Shown piece after piece: positions 18,678-28,271 of a stretch of DNA of 64,000 nucleotides. The notes under the pieces are model-generated. The model did not search any database and was not told the origin of the DNA. It was given only the letters and a program-made list of their open reading frames with translations. The translations under genes were made by a program, and so were the position numbers. Each line of letters begins with the position of its first letter. The stretch's first letter is position 1. Origin of the DNA: an uncultured Eubacteriales bacterium (GTDB lineage Bacteria > Bacillota > Clostridia > Oscillospirales > CAG-272). Location: assembly GCA_900546695.1 (NCBI GenBank), contig URDX01000001.1, positions 96,614-160,613 on the forward strand. Direction: 5' to 3'.

Positions 18678-19311
18678 TCTTTCATCTCCTATAAAAAATA
18701 TTTTTGTTTTGCCTTCGGAGGGGCACACCCACATTCCCCTCCGATGGGCAAATTCAAATTAGTATATGCCGACAACGTCGGCTTACGCTTGTAATTGTAC
18801 CACAGAACGGAAACAATGTCAACTGATTTTCACACATTTTCTGTTTAATGTACACAAATATTTTTGATGTCGTTTTGTGTATCTCTGACAAAAGCGCGAA
18901 AAGCCTTGTATTATAAGGGTTTCTGCGATTTTAACGCACTGTGAATCGACTTGTCAGCAGTCACAATCGGCATAAAATTTGTGCAACATTTCTGTGCATT
19001 TTACCGTCGTATATTTCGTCTGTACGGTCAAAAAATGAATTTCGATTTAACACGGCGGCATTTCATTCATAATTCCAAAATATGTATAAAGCATGTGAAT
19101 TCTCCGATTATCTATCATTATAAATTATCGCGCACCCGCACAGCGGGCGGTTTTTTCAAGAGGATTTTTGAATTGTCACATGCCGATTTTGAAATTATAA
19201 AATTAAAAGAGAAAAAGCTCTTATATTTTTTCGACAAGCGCTTTATTTTTTCCGACAAATAGTATATAATAGGCACGGATACCGAAGCCTTACATTAATG
19301 AGGTAAATGCA

Positions 19312-21141
19312 ATGAAATTCAACGAAAAGCTGAACGAATACATCGCCGAGGTCGGCTGCACGGCAAAGGAGCTGAGCGCCGCGTCCGGCATTTCTCCCGC
19401 AACGCTGAGCCGTTACCGCTCGGGCGACCGCGTACCGAGCGCCGACACCGAGCAGTTCGCGCGGCTGTGCGAGGCTATCGCGCGACTTTCAGAAACGGCG
19501 TGCGGTCGGGGCCCGGATGCCGACGGTTCGATAAAGGGCGCTGCGGAATCGGGCTCTGACGCTTCGGCGCGTGATTCGGGGTCTGTCGGTTCGGAATCAA
19601 ACCGTTCGGCTGAGGCGATACGCGCGAGCTTTCTCGCATGCGAGGATATAATCGCCGCCGACCGCGAAAGACTGCGGCAGAATTTTTCCGCGCTCGTATC
19701 CGCCGCGGGGCTGAATATTTCAAAGCTCTGCCGACAGGCAAACTACGACGTTTCCGCCGTATTCCGCTTCCGCAGCGGCGAGCGGCAGCCGTCCGATCCC
19801 GAGCATTTTGCATCGGATGTCGCGGCATTCGCGGCGCGCGAGCTCGAATCCGAGGGCGACATTCAGATAATCGCGCAGCTGACGGGCGCGGATGCGTCGG
19901 AGCTCGGCGACCGCGCGGTCAGATACTCGCGTCTGCGAGACTGGCTGCTCGACGGCAGCGCGGGCGAGCCGAAGGAGAGCAGCATCTCGGGCTTTCTGTC
20001 AAAGCTCGACAGCTTCGACCTCGGCGAGTATATAAAGGCGATAAAATTCGACGAGCTGAAGGTGCCCACCCTGCCCTTTCAGCTGCCGACATCAAGGATG
20101 TATTACGGGCTGCAGGAGATGATGGCGAGCGAGCTCGACTTTCTCAAGGCTACGGTGCTCTCAAAGTCGACCGAGCCCGTCACGCTGTACAGCGACATGC
20201 CGATGGCAGAGATGGCGAAGGACCCCGAGTTTCCGAAAAAGTGGATGTTCGGCATGGCGATGATGCTGAAAAAGGGGCTGCATCTGAACAACATACACAA
20301 TCTCGACCGCTCGTTTGATGAGATGATGCTCGGGCTCGAGAGCTGGATACCCATGTACATGACGGGGCAGATATCGCCTTATTATTTGAAAAATTCGCAG
20401 AGCGGCGCTTTCAATCATTTTCTGCGCGTATCGGGCGCTGCGGCGCTGTCGGGCGAGGCGATAGCGGGATACCATACGAACGGGCGCTACTACCTCTCAA
20501 AGACAAAGGAGGACATCGCATACTACCGCCGCCGAGCGAATGACCTGCTGAAAAACGCCTCTCCGCTGATGGAGATATACCGCGAGGAGCGCGCGGGCGA
20601 GTTCAATGCTTTTCTGCTCTCCGACATAAAGCAGGAGGGCGGCAGACGCAGCATACTCTCCGCGCCGCCGCTCTACACCATGCAGCCGCAGACGCTCGAT
20701 GCAATGCTGCGCCGCAGCGGTGTTTCCGACGGCGACCGCGAGCGCATAACGACATTCGCCGCATCGCAGCTCGCGCAGGCGGAGCAGATACTCAGCCGCG
20801 ACACGATAGAGGATGAGATACCGCAGCCGAGCGATGAGGAATTTGCACGGCACCCCGCGGTGCTCCCGCTGTCGGGGCTTTTCTACGGGCGCGACATAAT
20901 CTACACGTCCGAGGAATACCGCGAGCATCTTGCACAGACCGATCGGTTTGCCGCAGCGCACCCGCGCTACACCGCCGTTTTCACCGCAGCGAACCCGTTC
21001 CGCAATCTGAGCATTCTTATGCACGAGGGTCGGTGGGCGATGATATCAAAGGGCAACGCTCCCGCGATACATTTCGTCATACATCACCCGAAACTGCGTG
21101 CCGCGATAGAGAGCTTTACCCCGCCGATGGTCGAGGAATAA
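19312..21141 (+). CDS. Large XRE-type regulator with two tandem HTH modules and a ~430-aa uncharacterised C-terminal domain
   Basis: 609 aa. HTH 1: KLNEYIAEVGCTAKELSAASGISPATLSRYRSGDRVPS. HTH 2: SALVSAAGLNISKLCRQANYDVSAVFRFRSGERQPS. A Ser/Gly/Asp-rich linker joins them. I do not recognise the C-terminal domain. Confidence 0.6.
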   Translation: MKFNEKLNEYIAEVGCTAKELSAASGISPATLSRYRSGDRVPSADTEQFARLCEAIARLSETACGRGPDADGSIKGAAESGSDASARDSGSVGSESNRSAEAIRASFLACEDIIAADRERLRQNFSALVSAAGLNISKLCRQANYDVSAVFRFRSGERQPSDPEHFASDVAAFAARELESEGDIQIIAQLTGADASELGDRAVRYSRLRDWLLDGSAGEPKESSISGFLSKLDSFDLGEYIKAIKFDELKVPTLPFQLPTSRMYYGLQEMMASELDFLKATVLSKSTEPVTLYSDMPMAEMAKDPEFPKKWMFGMAMMLKKGLHLNNIHNLDRSFDEMMLGLESWIPMYMTGQISPYYLKNSQSGAFNHFLRVSGAAALSGEAIAGYHTNGRYYLSKTKEDIAYYRRRANDLLKNASPLMEIYREERAGEFNAFLLSDIKQEGGRRSILSAPPLYTMQPQTLDAMLRRSGVSDGDRERITTFAASQLAQAEQILSRDTIEDEIPQPSDEEFARHPAVLPLSGLFYGRDIIYTSEEYREHLAQTDRFAAAHPRYTAVFTAANPFRNLSILMHEGRWAMISKGNAPAIHFVIHHPKLRAAIESFTPPMVEE

Positions 21142-21333
21142 GCACTCGTTCGCTGCGGGCGCAGCGGCATGCATTGCAGCGAACGCCGCGCGGTGCGCCA
21201 CATCCATATATAAAAATACTGCGGAGCATTCGCCGATAAGACGATGCTCCGCAGTTTTTTCGCGTAATTATTCTTGCATTATTTCACGGGGGGTACCGCA
21301 CGCAGGGCACGACAGCGCCGCGAGGTGTGCCGT

Positions 21334-22215
21334 CTATGCTTCGCCTACAATGTCCGATGTTTCCGCTGCGCCCGCGATATCGGTCGCATCCGACGCAGCG
21401 TCCGCGAAATCTATCATAATCGCGCCGACGCCGCCGTCTATATCAACGGTACAGCTGCCCGAGCCGTATGTGCCCGAGCCGACCGCGCTGCCGCCAAGCC
21501 TTGCAATCCCCAAACCCTTATCGAGCACAATGCGGTAATCATCCGCGCTGCCGCGAAGGGTGAGATCAAGCGCGCCGACGCCCTGATCTATCTCGCAGTC
21601 ACCCGACAGGCAACAGTCGATCTCCGCCCTGCCCGTTCCGAGGTCAAGGTCAAGATTTGCGAGGTCGCAGCCGTCTACGGTCAGCATTCCCGCGCCGCCG
21701 TCGATATCGGCTTTATCCGTGACGGTCAGCGCCGAAAGACGTGTACTGCCCGCGCCGAGATCGGTCGACAGCCGACCGACGGTAAGCACGTCTACCGAAA
21801 CAGAGCCCGCGCCGCCGTCTATCTCGAGCTCGTCGAGCACGGTATCTCTCGGCAGGGTCAGGCTGACGGTATGCGAATTTGAATCGGCACCGCTCAGGAT
21901 ATGTCGCTCATCCTTCACTGTCAGACAGCCGCTGTCGTTCTTGACCGAAAGGTCGGTCAGCGTGCTCTCGAGCGCGACAGCGTCGCCCGCTCTGATATCA
22001 AGCCGTGCGGCGGTAACATCTACACGCACCGATGTCACATCGCCCGTAACGGGATAGCTTATCATTTCCGCATTCACCTCTTCTGCACTGCCGTCGCCCG
22101 AGACCACTCCCGACAGGAGCGAGACGCCGAACGAGATACCGCCGACCACACCCGCGATTATCACCGCAGCAAGGGCAACAGCAAAATACTTTATCAGCTT
22201 CTGAAATGAGGTCAT
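21334..22215 (-). CDS. DUF4097 / LiaG-like beta-strand repeat protein, membrane anchored
   Basis: N-terminal TM segment (YFAVALAAVIIAGVVGGISFGV) followed by repeated ..IDGGAG..V.V / DLGAGS / DLGTGR strands typical of DUF4097 proteins. The start overlaps the upstream stop by 4 nt (ATGA). Confidence 0.65.
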   Translation of the reverse strand: MTSFQKLIKYFAVALAAVIIAGVVGGISFGVSLLSGVVSGDGSAEEVNAEMISYPVTGDVTSVRVDVTAARLDIRAGDAVALESTLTDLSVKNDSGCLTVKDERHILSGADSNSHTVSLTLPRDTVLDELEIDGGAGSVSVDVLTVGRLSTDLGAGSTRLSALTVTDKADIDGGAGMLTVDGCDLANLDLDLGTGRAEIDCCLSGDCEIDQGVGALDLTLRGSADDYRIVLDKGLGIARLGGSAVGSGTYGSGSCTVDIDGGVGAIMIDFADAASDATDIAGAAETSDIVGEA

Positions 22216-22895
22216 TTTATATCAAGACCTCCGAAAATATTCGTCGCGTTGATATACAGCGTCGGTGCGCCCTCGATATCGGCTCTGTTCTTCTTGTCGG
22301 AAGCTCCGCCGAAAGCGGAGTTTGAACGCAGCCTGACGTTCACCCCGTCGGGCACATATATCTCAACACCGCCGAAAACGGCGCACGAATTTATCGCGCA
22401 GTCGCCCTCAAAAATCGCGCCGCGCAGGTCGCATTCGACCCCGCCGAACACCGCGTTGAGTTCAGCGCCGTGAAAGACCTCGCCGGAGCATTTCAGCTCC
22501 GCGCCCGAAAAGGTCGCGCTCGCGCGCTTGATGTCGCCGTCGCTCGTGCTCAATTCGCGCCATACCTCGGCGCCCTTGTTAGGCGCAGCAGCGCGGATTA
22601 TCATGCGCAGACCGATAACGACGATTATCGCGGGCACGAGCAGCTTCCACACCGAGGAAAGGCTGATTATGCCGCGACAGCCGAGAAGCAGGCACACGCC
22701 GACGCACAGCCCGATGACAGAGCCCGTCTTTTCGCGGTCGGTCAGCAGCCCGATGAACGACGGAACGATGATAAACAACGTCCACCAGCCGTGAAAGAAG
22801 ATATTGATGTCGGTAAGTCCGATGGCATTGAGTGCGAGTATAACGCCCAGCGCGGTAACGGCGACGCCCCAGAGAATTCCGCTTAGCTTTTTCAT
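22212..22895 (-). CDS. LiaF-like cell-wall-active antibiotic response protein (TM region + DUF2154-like C-terminal domain)
   Basis: 227 aa. Four TM helices (GILWGVAVTALGVILALNAIG...), then ..FSGAELKCSG..FHGAELNAVFGGVECDLRGA..NSCAVFGGVEIYVPDGVNV..SAFGG. Confidence 0.6.
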   Translation of the reverse strand: MKKLSGILWGVAVTALGVILALNAIGLTDINIFFHGWWTLFIIVPSFIGLLTDREKTGSVIGLCVGVCLLLGCRGIISLSSVWKLLVPAIIVVIGLRMIIRAAAPNKGAEVWRELSTSDGDIKRASATFSGAELKCSGEVFHGAELNAVFGGVECDLRGAIFEGDCAINSCAVFGGVEIYVPDGVNVRLRSNSAFGGASDKKNRADIEGAPTLYINATNIFGGLDIK

Positions 22896-23022
22896 TACAT
22901 TATGCCTTCCTTTTTTAATATATATTCATCCCCGCACCGCAGCGCGGGCGGGTCGACGATTAAGTTTTACGGATGCGCGGCATCCGAATCCGAATCGAAT
23001 CTAAATCCGATGCGCCCTGACG

Positions 23023-23580
23023 CTACGCTCCGCGCGACGGGCTCTTTTCTGCGGGAAGCAGCTCGCTCACAAGCGCCGAGCCGATTATCAGAACTGAGCC
23101 TACTGCGCCGAACACGGTCATTTTTTCATGCAGAACGAGCGTCGACAGCAGCAGTGCAAAAACGGGGTCTACGTAGCTGAGCACCGCGACCGACTGCGCA
23201 CGCAGCCGATTCAGACTGCCGAAATACATTGCATATGCAATGCCCGTATGGAATATGCCGACTACCAGCGCCATTACGACCGCGCCGCCGCTGAGCTCTA
23301 TGCCCGAAAAATCCTCGGTCAGCAGCAGATACGGCAGCAGCACGACCGATGCGGCGAAGAGCTCTATCATCGTCTTTTCGGAGGCATCCTCTACGTGCGT
23401 TTTCTTGTTAAGAATTATGACCGCCGCATAGAACACCGCCGCGCCGAGCAAGCCGCGGGAAAACGCGAGCATCCCCGACGAGAGCGGAATATATCGGCGA
23501 AAGATGCCGATCGTGCCGAATATCAGCATCGAGCCGATAAGCGTGCAGTATGATTTAAGATTTCCTTTGCCTTCTTCCAT
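23023..23580 (-). CDS. EamA/DMT-family transporter, abnormally short (about 6 TM; possible in-frame internal deletion)
   Basis: The likely start is ATG 23580 (GGAGA 6 nt upstream), giving 185 aa. The N-terminus resembles TM1-2 of an EamA domain. The C-terminus (..GIAYAMYFGSLNRLRAQSVAVLSYVDPVFALLLSTLVLHEKMT..) resembles the second EamA domain. Typical family members have 10 TM and about 290 aa. Confidence 0.55.
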   Translation of the reverse strand: MEEGKGNLKSYCTLIGSMLIFGTIGIFRRYIPLSSGMLAFSRGLLGAAVFYAAVIILNKKTHVEDASEKTMIELFAASVVLLPYLLLTEDFSGIELSGGAVVMALVVGIFHTGIAYAMYFGSLNRLRAQSVAVLSYVDPVFALLLSTLVLHEKMTVFGAVGSVLIIGSALVSELLPAEKSPSRGA

Positions 23581-23836
23581 TGTCTGTCTCCGTTTGTCGG
23601 GTCGGAAGATGCGCTGCAGCCGCCCAACCGACATTTTCCGTCTGTTCCTCTCATTATATCACACGGCGGCACAAAAGAAAAGCATTAAATTCACTTTTTC
23701 CAAGGGTGCTGCTCATACAATGAAAAAAAGAGCCGCCGAAAACACCTTCGGGCAGCTCCGCTTTTATAACAAGAATGACGGCATGACATGACGGTCTGGC
23801 GGTCGATACCGCACCGAAGCCCGTCGCTTATCAAAA

Positions 23837-23924
23837 TGGTGCCGGTGGCGGGGGTCGAACCCGCACGGGTTATTAGCCCAACGGATTTTGAGTCCGTCAC
23901 GTCTGCCAATTCCATCACACCGGC
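23837..23924 (-). tRNA. tRNA-Leu(CAA)
   Basis: Reverse complement GCCGGTGTGATGGAATTGGCAGACGTGACGGACTCAAAATCCGTTGGGCTAATAACCCGTGCGGGTTCGACCCCCGCCACCGGCACCA. It has a cloverleaf with a long variable arm, anticodon loop CTCAAAA, a GGTTCGA T-loop and an encoded CCA. Confidence 0.9.
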
Positions 23925-24013
23925 GTACCTTTAATATAATAGCATAGTGTTGCGAAAAAATCAATAGGCAGGGAGAAATTTTCACAGGCTGTGATTATTT
24001 TTGATAAAACATA

Positions 24014-24042
24014 TTGACAAAGCCTGTGCTTTATGCTATAAT
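24014..24042 (+). promoter_or_regulatory. Sigma-A promoter for tRNA-Gly(TCC)
   Basis: TTGACA (24014-24019), 17-nt spacer, TATAAT (24037-24042). Confidence 0.7.
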
Positions 24043-24063
24043 CTCATCGTTACCCGAAGAGAT

Positions 24064-24137
24064 GCGAGTGTAGTTCAATGGTAGAATCCCAGCCTTCCAA
24101 GCTGGTCGCGTGGGTTCGATTCCCATCACTCGCTCCA
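24064..24137 (+). tRNA. tRNA-Gly(TCC)
   Basis: GCGAGTGTAGTTCAATGGTAGAATCCCAGCCTTCCAAGCTGGTCGCGTGGGTTCGATTCCCATCACTCGCTCCA. Anticodon stem CCAGC/GCTGG, loop CTTCCAA, encoded CCA. A terminator-like hairpin CGGCGATTTT..AAAGTCGCCGTTTTTT follows at about 24145-24180. Confidence 0.9.
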
Positions 24138-24402
24138 AACGAGGCGGCGATTTTCAGCAGAAAGTCGCCGTTTTTTCTGTTTATTTACGCCGCGTTTTCT
24201 TTGCGGAAAAATACGGCTTTTAGAGCGTCAATCGACGCATATCAAAAAAGCAGGTCGCATGACCTGCTTTTTTATTCTATGCGGTGCCCTCACCGTTTCA
24301 TCGCCGCGCTATGCCGTCCGACGCTTGCACGGCGATGCATTATGCCGTCCGACGACTGCGCGGCAGCATCACCCAAGGTCGGCAAAGTGCCGCCGTTATC
24401 CG

Positions 24403-25221
24403 TCAATAATACTCCGCATCGTGCCTGAGTGTCGGCGCGTCGGTATGCACATCGAGCTGATTATACGGTATCTGCATGCCCGCCTCTGCGAGTCCGCTCT
24501 GTATCAGGCGCAGTGCTTCGCGGCGGCGCTCATATTTATCCTCGGGCGGGCAGAAGAAGCGCAGGCGGTAGTCGATAGCGGATGCCTCAAACTCCTGCGT
24601 GCCCTTATAGCTGCTCTTTTTCACCCCGCTGAGCTGCCCTATGCGCTCGCTTATGCCGCGCATGACCTTATCGACGCGGTTAAAATCCTCATCGTACGAC
24701 AGCGGAACGTCGATATCTATCATAAGCAGCTTAGGCAGCCTCGTGATTTCCGAAATATTACGGTTGCAAACGGTCATAATTGTATTATCAAGGGTACTGC
24801 GCAGAGTGGTGGTTTTCATCGTAAAGCCGACAACAACGCTTTCGATATCCTTATACCGCACAACATCCCCAACCGCGAAAAAGCGGTCGCTCATTATATG
24901 GATACCCATGATAACATCCTTGAGCACATCCTGAATGGCAAGACCGACTATAGCACTCAAAAGTCCGAGTCCTGCGACAGCAGAGCTGACGTTCACGCCG
25001 TTGAGCTGCAGCACCCAGAGCACGGTGATGGCTATGAGCATAAAGCGGGCGACGCTGAACGCGACACGCACAAATGTCGCATGCTGACCCTTTGAACGAT
25101 CGGAAGCGATATAGCGAGTATACAGTTTTTTCAGCAGAAAGAAGAGCAGCACGCCGACGCCGACGGCGATAACGCTCGATATGGCGCGTGCGCTCGTGAT
25201 ATATTCGACAATTTTCTCCAT
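24403..25221 (-). CDS. Mechanosensitive ion channel (MscS family)
   Basis: ..LQLNGVNVSSAVAGLGLLSAIVGLAIQDVLKDVIMGIHIMSDRFFAVGDVVRYKDIESVVVGFTMKTTTLRS.. is the MscS TM3 plus beta-domain signature. The likely start is ATG 25221 (GGAGAGG 6 nt upstream); the ORF-track start is 25266. Confidence 0.85.
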   Translation of the reverse strand: MEKIVEYITSARAISSVIAVGVGVLLFFLLKKLYTRYIASDRSKGQHATFVRVAFSVARFMLIAITVLWVLQLNGVNVSSAVAGLGLLSAIVGLAIQDVLKDVIMGIHIMSDRFFAVGDVVRYKDIESVVVGFTMKTTTLRSTLDNTIMTVCNRNISEITRLPKLLMIDIDVPLSYDEDFNRVDKVMRGISERIGQLSGVKKSSYKGTQEFEASAIDYRLRFFCPPEDKYERRREALRLIQSGLAEAGMQIPYNQLDVHTDAPTLRHDAEYY

Positions 25222-25565
25222 AAAACACCTCTCCGCAGGCAGACCGACCGCTTCCGTACGCGACACGGAACGTGCTCTGCGACTGAAGATATTTTATCAT
25301 GAGTGCGTAAAAAACGCAATACCGCGCCGAATAATTCCGATAAATATTGCGTCGACTGCGCGATATCAACCCACGGTAGAATAAATCAACCGTACACCGA
25401 AACAGCGGCACCGCGAAAAAGCACGGTGCCGCTGTTTTACGCTGCCGTCGGCAGCATAATTACGAAAATATAATAGGATTTCCACGGGCAATATCGCCGA
25501 AAACATGCCGAGCAATGTAGGCTGTCATCCGCATGCGATATTGCCTACGCATTCCGAGCACGATA

Positions 25566-28208
25566 TTACTTAAGCATCCTGCGTACGGTATCCGCAACCG
25601 CTGCAAGCGCTGCGGGTATCTTATCCGCATCCTTCGCCCCCGATGTTGCGGAATCGGGACGTCCGCCGCCCTTGCCGCCTGCTATGGCGCTTATCTCGCG
25701 GAGGATAGCGCCCGCGTTTGCCCCTGCTGCGACCGCTGCTTTACCGCATGCGCAGGTAAAGTTGAGCTTTCCGCCGCAATCGGTAGAGATAACGACAACA
25801 TAATCGTCGTGCGATGCCTTTATCTCGTCACAGACAGCTCTTGCAGTGTCAACGCCGCTGCCGCTCGTCTGCTTTGTCACTACCTTGACCGCGCCGACCT
25901 CGACCGCGCTGCTGAGAATAGCCTCGGTCTGCATGGAGGCGATACGGGAGTTAAGCATCTCGGTCTCGCGCTTTGCGCCGCGCAGCTCTGTCTGGAGCGC
26001 TGCCGCGCGGCGGGCGATGTCGTGTACATTAGCCGCCTTAAGCTCCTTTGCGGTATCGGAAATGAGCGCATCGCGCTCGGAGAGCAGTGCAAGCACGCCG
26101 AGACCCGTCGTTCCCTCGATACGGCGCACGCCTGCGGCGATACCCGTCTCGGAGATTATCTTGAAGAGTCCGAGCTTTGCGGTATTCGATGCGTGCGTAC
26201 CTCCGCACAGCTCGGTCGAGAAATCGCCCATCTTTACCATGCGGACAACGCTGCCGTACTTCTCACCGAAGAGGGCGGTAGCGCCGCTCTTCCTTGCGGT
26301 CTCAACATCGGTCTCGACGGTAACTATATCCTCGCCGCGCAGTATCTCCTCGTTTACAAGAGCCTCAACGCGGGCAAGCTCCTCCTCGGTCATAGCCGAG
26401 TAGTGCTTAAAGTCGAATCTCACGCGCTCCGCGTCAACATAAGAGCCCGCCTGTTCGACATGGTCGCCGAGAACGGTGCGCAGTGCCGCCTGAAGCAGAT
26501 GCGCGGCGGAGTGGTTGCGGCGGATAGCCTCGCGGCGTACCGCGTCTATGCGTGCCGTAACGGTGTCGCCTATCGATACGGGGGTGCCGTCAAGCTCGCA
26601 GATGTGCATATAGATGCCGCTGTTTTTCTTGGTATCGACGACGGGAATGCTGCGTCCCGCGCATTCGATAATACCCGTGTCGCCGACCTGACCTCCGCCC
26701 TCTCCGTAGAAGGGGGTACGGTCGAGAACTATCATGACCTTGCCGTCCGATGCGTCGGGCAGCTCCTCGGTCGTCTCTGCGTCGATGATAGCGAGCACAT
26801 GCGCCTCGCTCTCGGTATCGGTATAGCCTGTAAACTCGGTCGCGGGCAGCTTTCCGAGTGCGGGGATTGCGTCGCTCGTCCAGCCGAGATCGCCCATTGC
26901 GGCACGTGCGGCTCTCGCGCGCTTTTTCTGCTCCGCAAGAAGCGTCTCAAAGCCCGCCTCGTCGATGCCGAGACCCGCCTCGAGCGCTATCTCGCGCGTA
27001 AGGTCTACGGGGAAGCCGAAGGTGTCGCTGAGCTTGAAAACATCCTCTCCCGGGAGGGTATCCGAGCCCGCTGCCTTTGTTTCCTTTATCATGGAATCGA
27101 GGATGTCGAGACCGCTGTCGATGGTAGCGGCAAAGCGATCCTCCTCGATGTTAACGACCTTCTTGATATAATCGAGCTTTTCGGTAAGCTCGGGATACTC
27201 ACTGAAATTCTCACGCGCTACGACGGGGACGATATCGGCAAGGAATGTGCCCTTGATGCCGAGCAGTCTGCCGTGACGTGCGGCGCGGCGGAGCAGACGG
27301 CGAAGCACATAGCCCCTGCCCTCGTTCGAGGGTACAACGCCGTCGCAGATGAGGAAGGTCGTGCTTCTGATATGGTCGGTTATGACGCGGAGCGAGATGT
27401 CCTTCTTCTCGTCCTCGCCGTACTTGACATTCGCCTTTTCGCTGATGGCGAGCATGATATTGCGGACGGTGTCGACCTCGAACAGATTGTCAACGCCCTG
27501 CATAAGGCATGCAAGACGCTCAAGTCCCATACCCGTGTCGATGTTCGGGTTTGCAAGGCGGGTATAGCCGCCCTTTCCGTCGCCGTCGAACTGCGTGAAT
27601 ACGAGGTTCCAGAATTCCATAAAGCGGTCGCAGTCGCAACCCGGCTTACAGTCGGGCTTTCCGCAGCCGTACTTCTCGCCGCGGTCGAAATGTATCTCGG
27701 AGCAGGGGCCGCAGGGACCGCTGCCGTGCTCCCAGAAGTTATCCTCCTTACCGAGACGGACAATGCGCTCTGCGGGAACGCCTATCTTGTTGTGCCAGAT
27801 GTCAAAAGCCTCGTCGTCATCGAGATAGATGGTCACCCACAGCTTGTCCTCGGGCAGCTCAAGCACCTTGGTGCAGAATTCCCATGCCCACGGAATAGCT
27901 TCGTTCTTGAAATAGTCGCCGAAGGAGAAGTTTCCGAGCATCTCGAAATATGTACCGTGACGTGCGGTAATACCGACCCGCTCGATATCCGGAGTACGGA
28001 TGCACTTCTGACAGGTCGTCATGCGGTGACGCGGCGGCTCGACCTCTCCCGTAAAGTATTTTTTGAGCGGGGTCATGCCCGCATTGATGAGCAGTATGGA
28101 CTTGTCGTCGATAGGTACGAGCGGATAGCTCTTATGACGGAGATGTCCCTTTGACTCGAAAAATGAGAGATACATCTCGCGAAGGTCGTTAAGTGAGGTC
28201 CATTTCAT
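25566..28208 (-). CDS. alaS: Alanine--tRNA ligase
   Basis: MKWTSLNDLREMYLSFFESKGHLRHKSYPLVP..., FTQFDG, the editing-domain HxxxH motif (HSAAHLL) and a C-terminal DHHA1-like region. The likely start is ATG 28208; the ORF-track start at 28244 adds 12 aa. Confidence 0.95.
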   Translation of the reverse strand: MKWTSLNDLREMYLSFFESKGHLRHKSYPLVPIDDKSILLINAGMTPLKKYFTGEVEPPRHRMTTCQKCIRTPDIERVGITARHGTYFEMLGNFSFGDYFKNEAIPWAWEFCTKVLELPEDKLWVTIYLDDDEAFDIWHNKIGVPAERIVRLGKEDNFWEHGSGPCGPCSEIHFDRGEKYGCGKPDCKPGCDCDRFMEFWNLVFTQFDGDGKGGYTRLANPNIDTGMGLERLACLMQGVDNLFEVDTVRNIMLAISEKANVKYGEDEKKDISLRVITDHIRSTTFLICDGVVPSNEGRGYVLRRLLRRAARHGRLLGIKGTFLADIVPVVARENFSEYPELTEKLDYIKKVVNIEEDRFAATIDSGLDILDSMIKETKAAGSDTLPGEDVFKLSDTFGFPVDLTREIALEAGLGIDEAGFETLLAEQKKRARAARAAMGDLGWTSDAIPALGKLPATEFTGYTDTESEAHVLAIIDAETTEELPDASDGKVMIVLDRTPFYGEGGGQVGDTGIIECAGRSIPVVDTKKNSGIYMHICELDGTPVSIGDTVTARIDAVRREAIRRNHSAAHLLQAALRTVLGDHVEQAGSYVDAERVRFDFKHYSAMTEEELARVEALVNEEILRGEDIVTVETDVETARKSGATALFGEKYGSVVRMVKMGDFSTELCGGTHASNTAKLGLFKIISETGIAAGVRRIEGTTGLGVLALLSERDALISDTAKELKAANVHDIARRAAALQTELRGAKRETEMLNSRIASMQTEAILSSAVEVGAVKVVTKQTSGSGVDTARAVCDEIKASHDDYVVVISTDCGGKLNFTCACGKAAVAAGANAGAILREISAIAGGKGGGRPDSATSGAKDADKIPAALAAVADTVRRMLK

Positions 28209-28271
28209 GGTCTGATATCCTTTCTCAGCCGCGCACGGCGGCATCTTCTGTATATTATAAAATATTTCGGC

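Noticed and set aside
18951-19262. 103-aa ORF in the AT-rich intergenic region
   Set aside because: It has no RBS and begins at a non-ATG codon. Its composition is driven by AT-rich promoter DNA between two divergent genes, and it has no recognisable motif.
25403-25437. Hairpin CAGCGGCACCG/CGGTGCCGCTG considered as the alaS terminator
   Set aside because: The stem is good, but the U-tract on the alaS (minus) side is only 3 nt. I left it unannotated rather than assert a terminator.
25533-28154. 873-aa ORF on the plus strand
   Set aside because: It is fully antisense to alaS, whose identity is unambiguous. The translation is low-complexity (Ala/Leu/Arg/Gly-rich) with no motifs or RBS. This is a typical shadow ORF of a high-GC gene.
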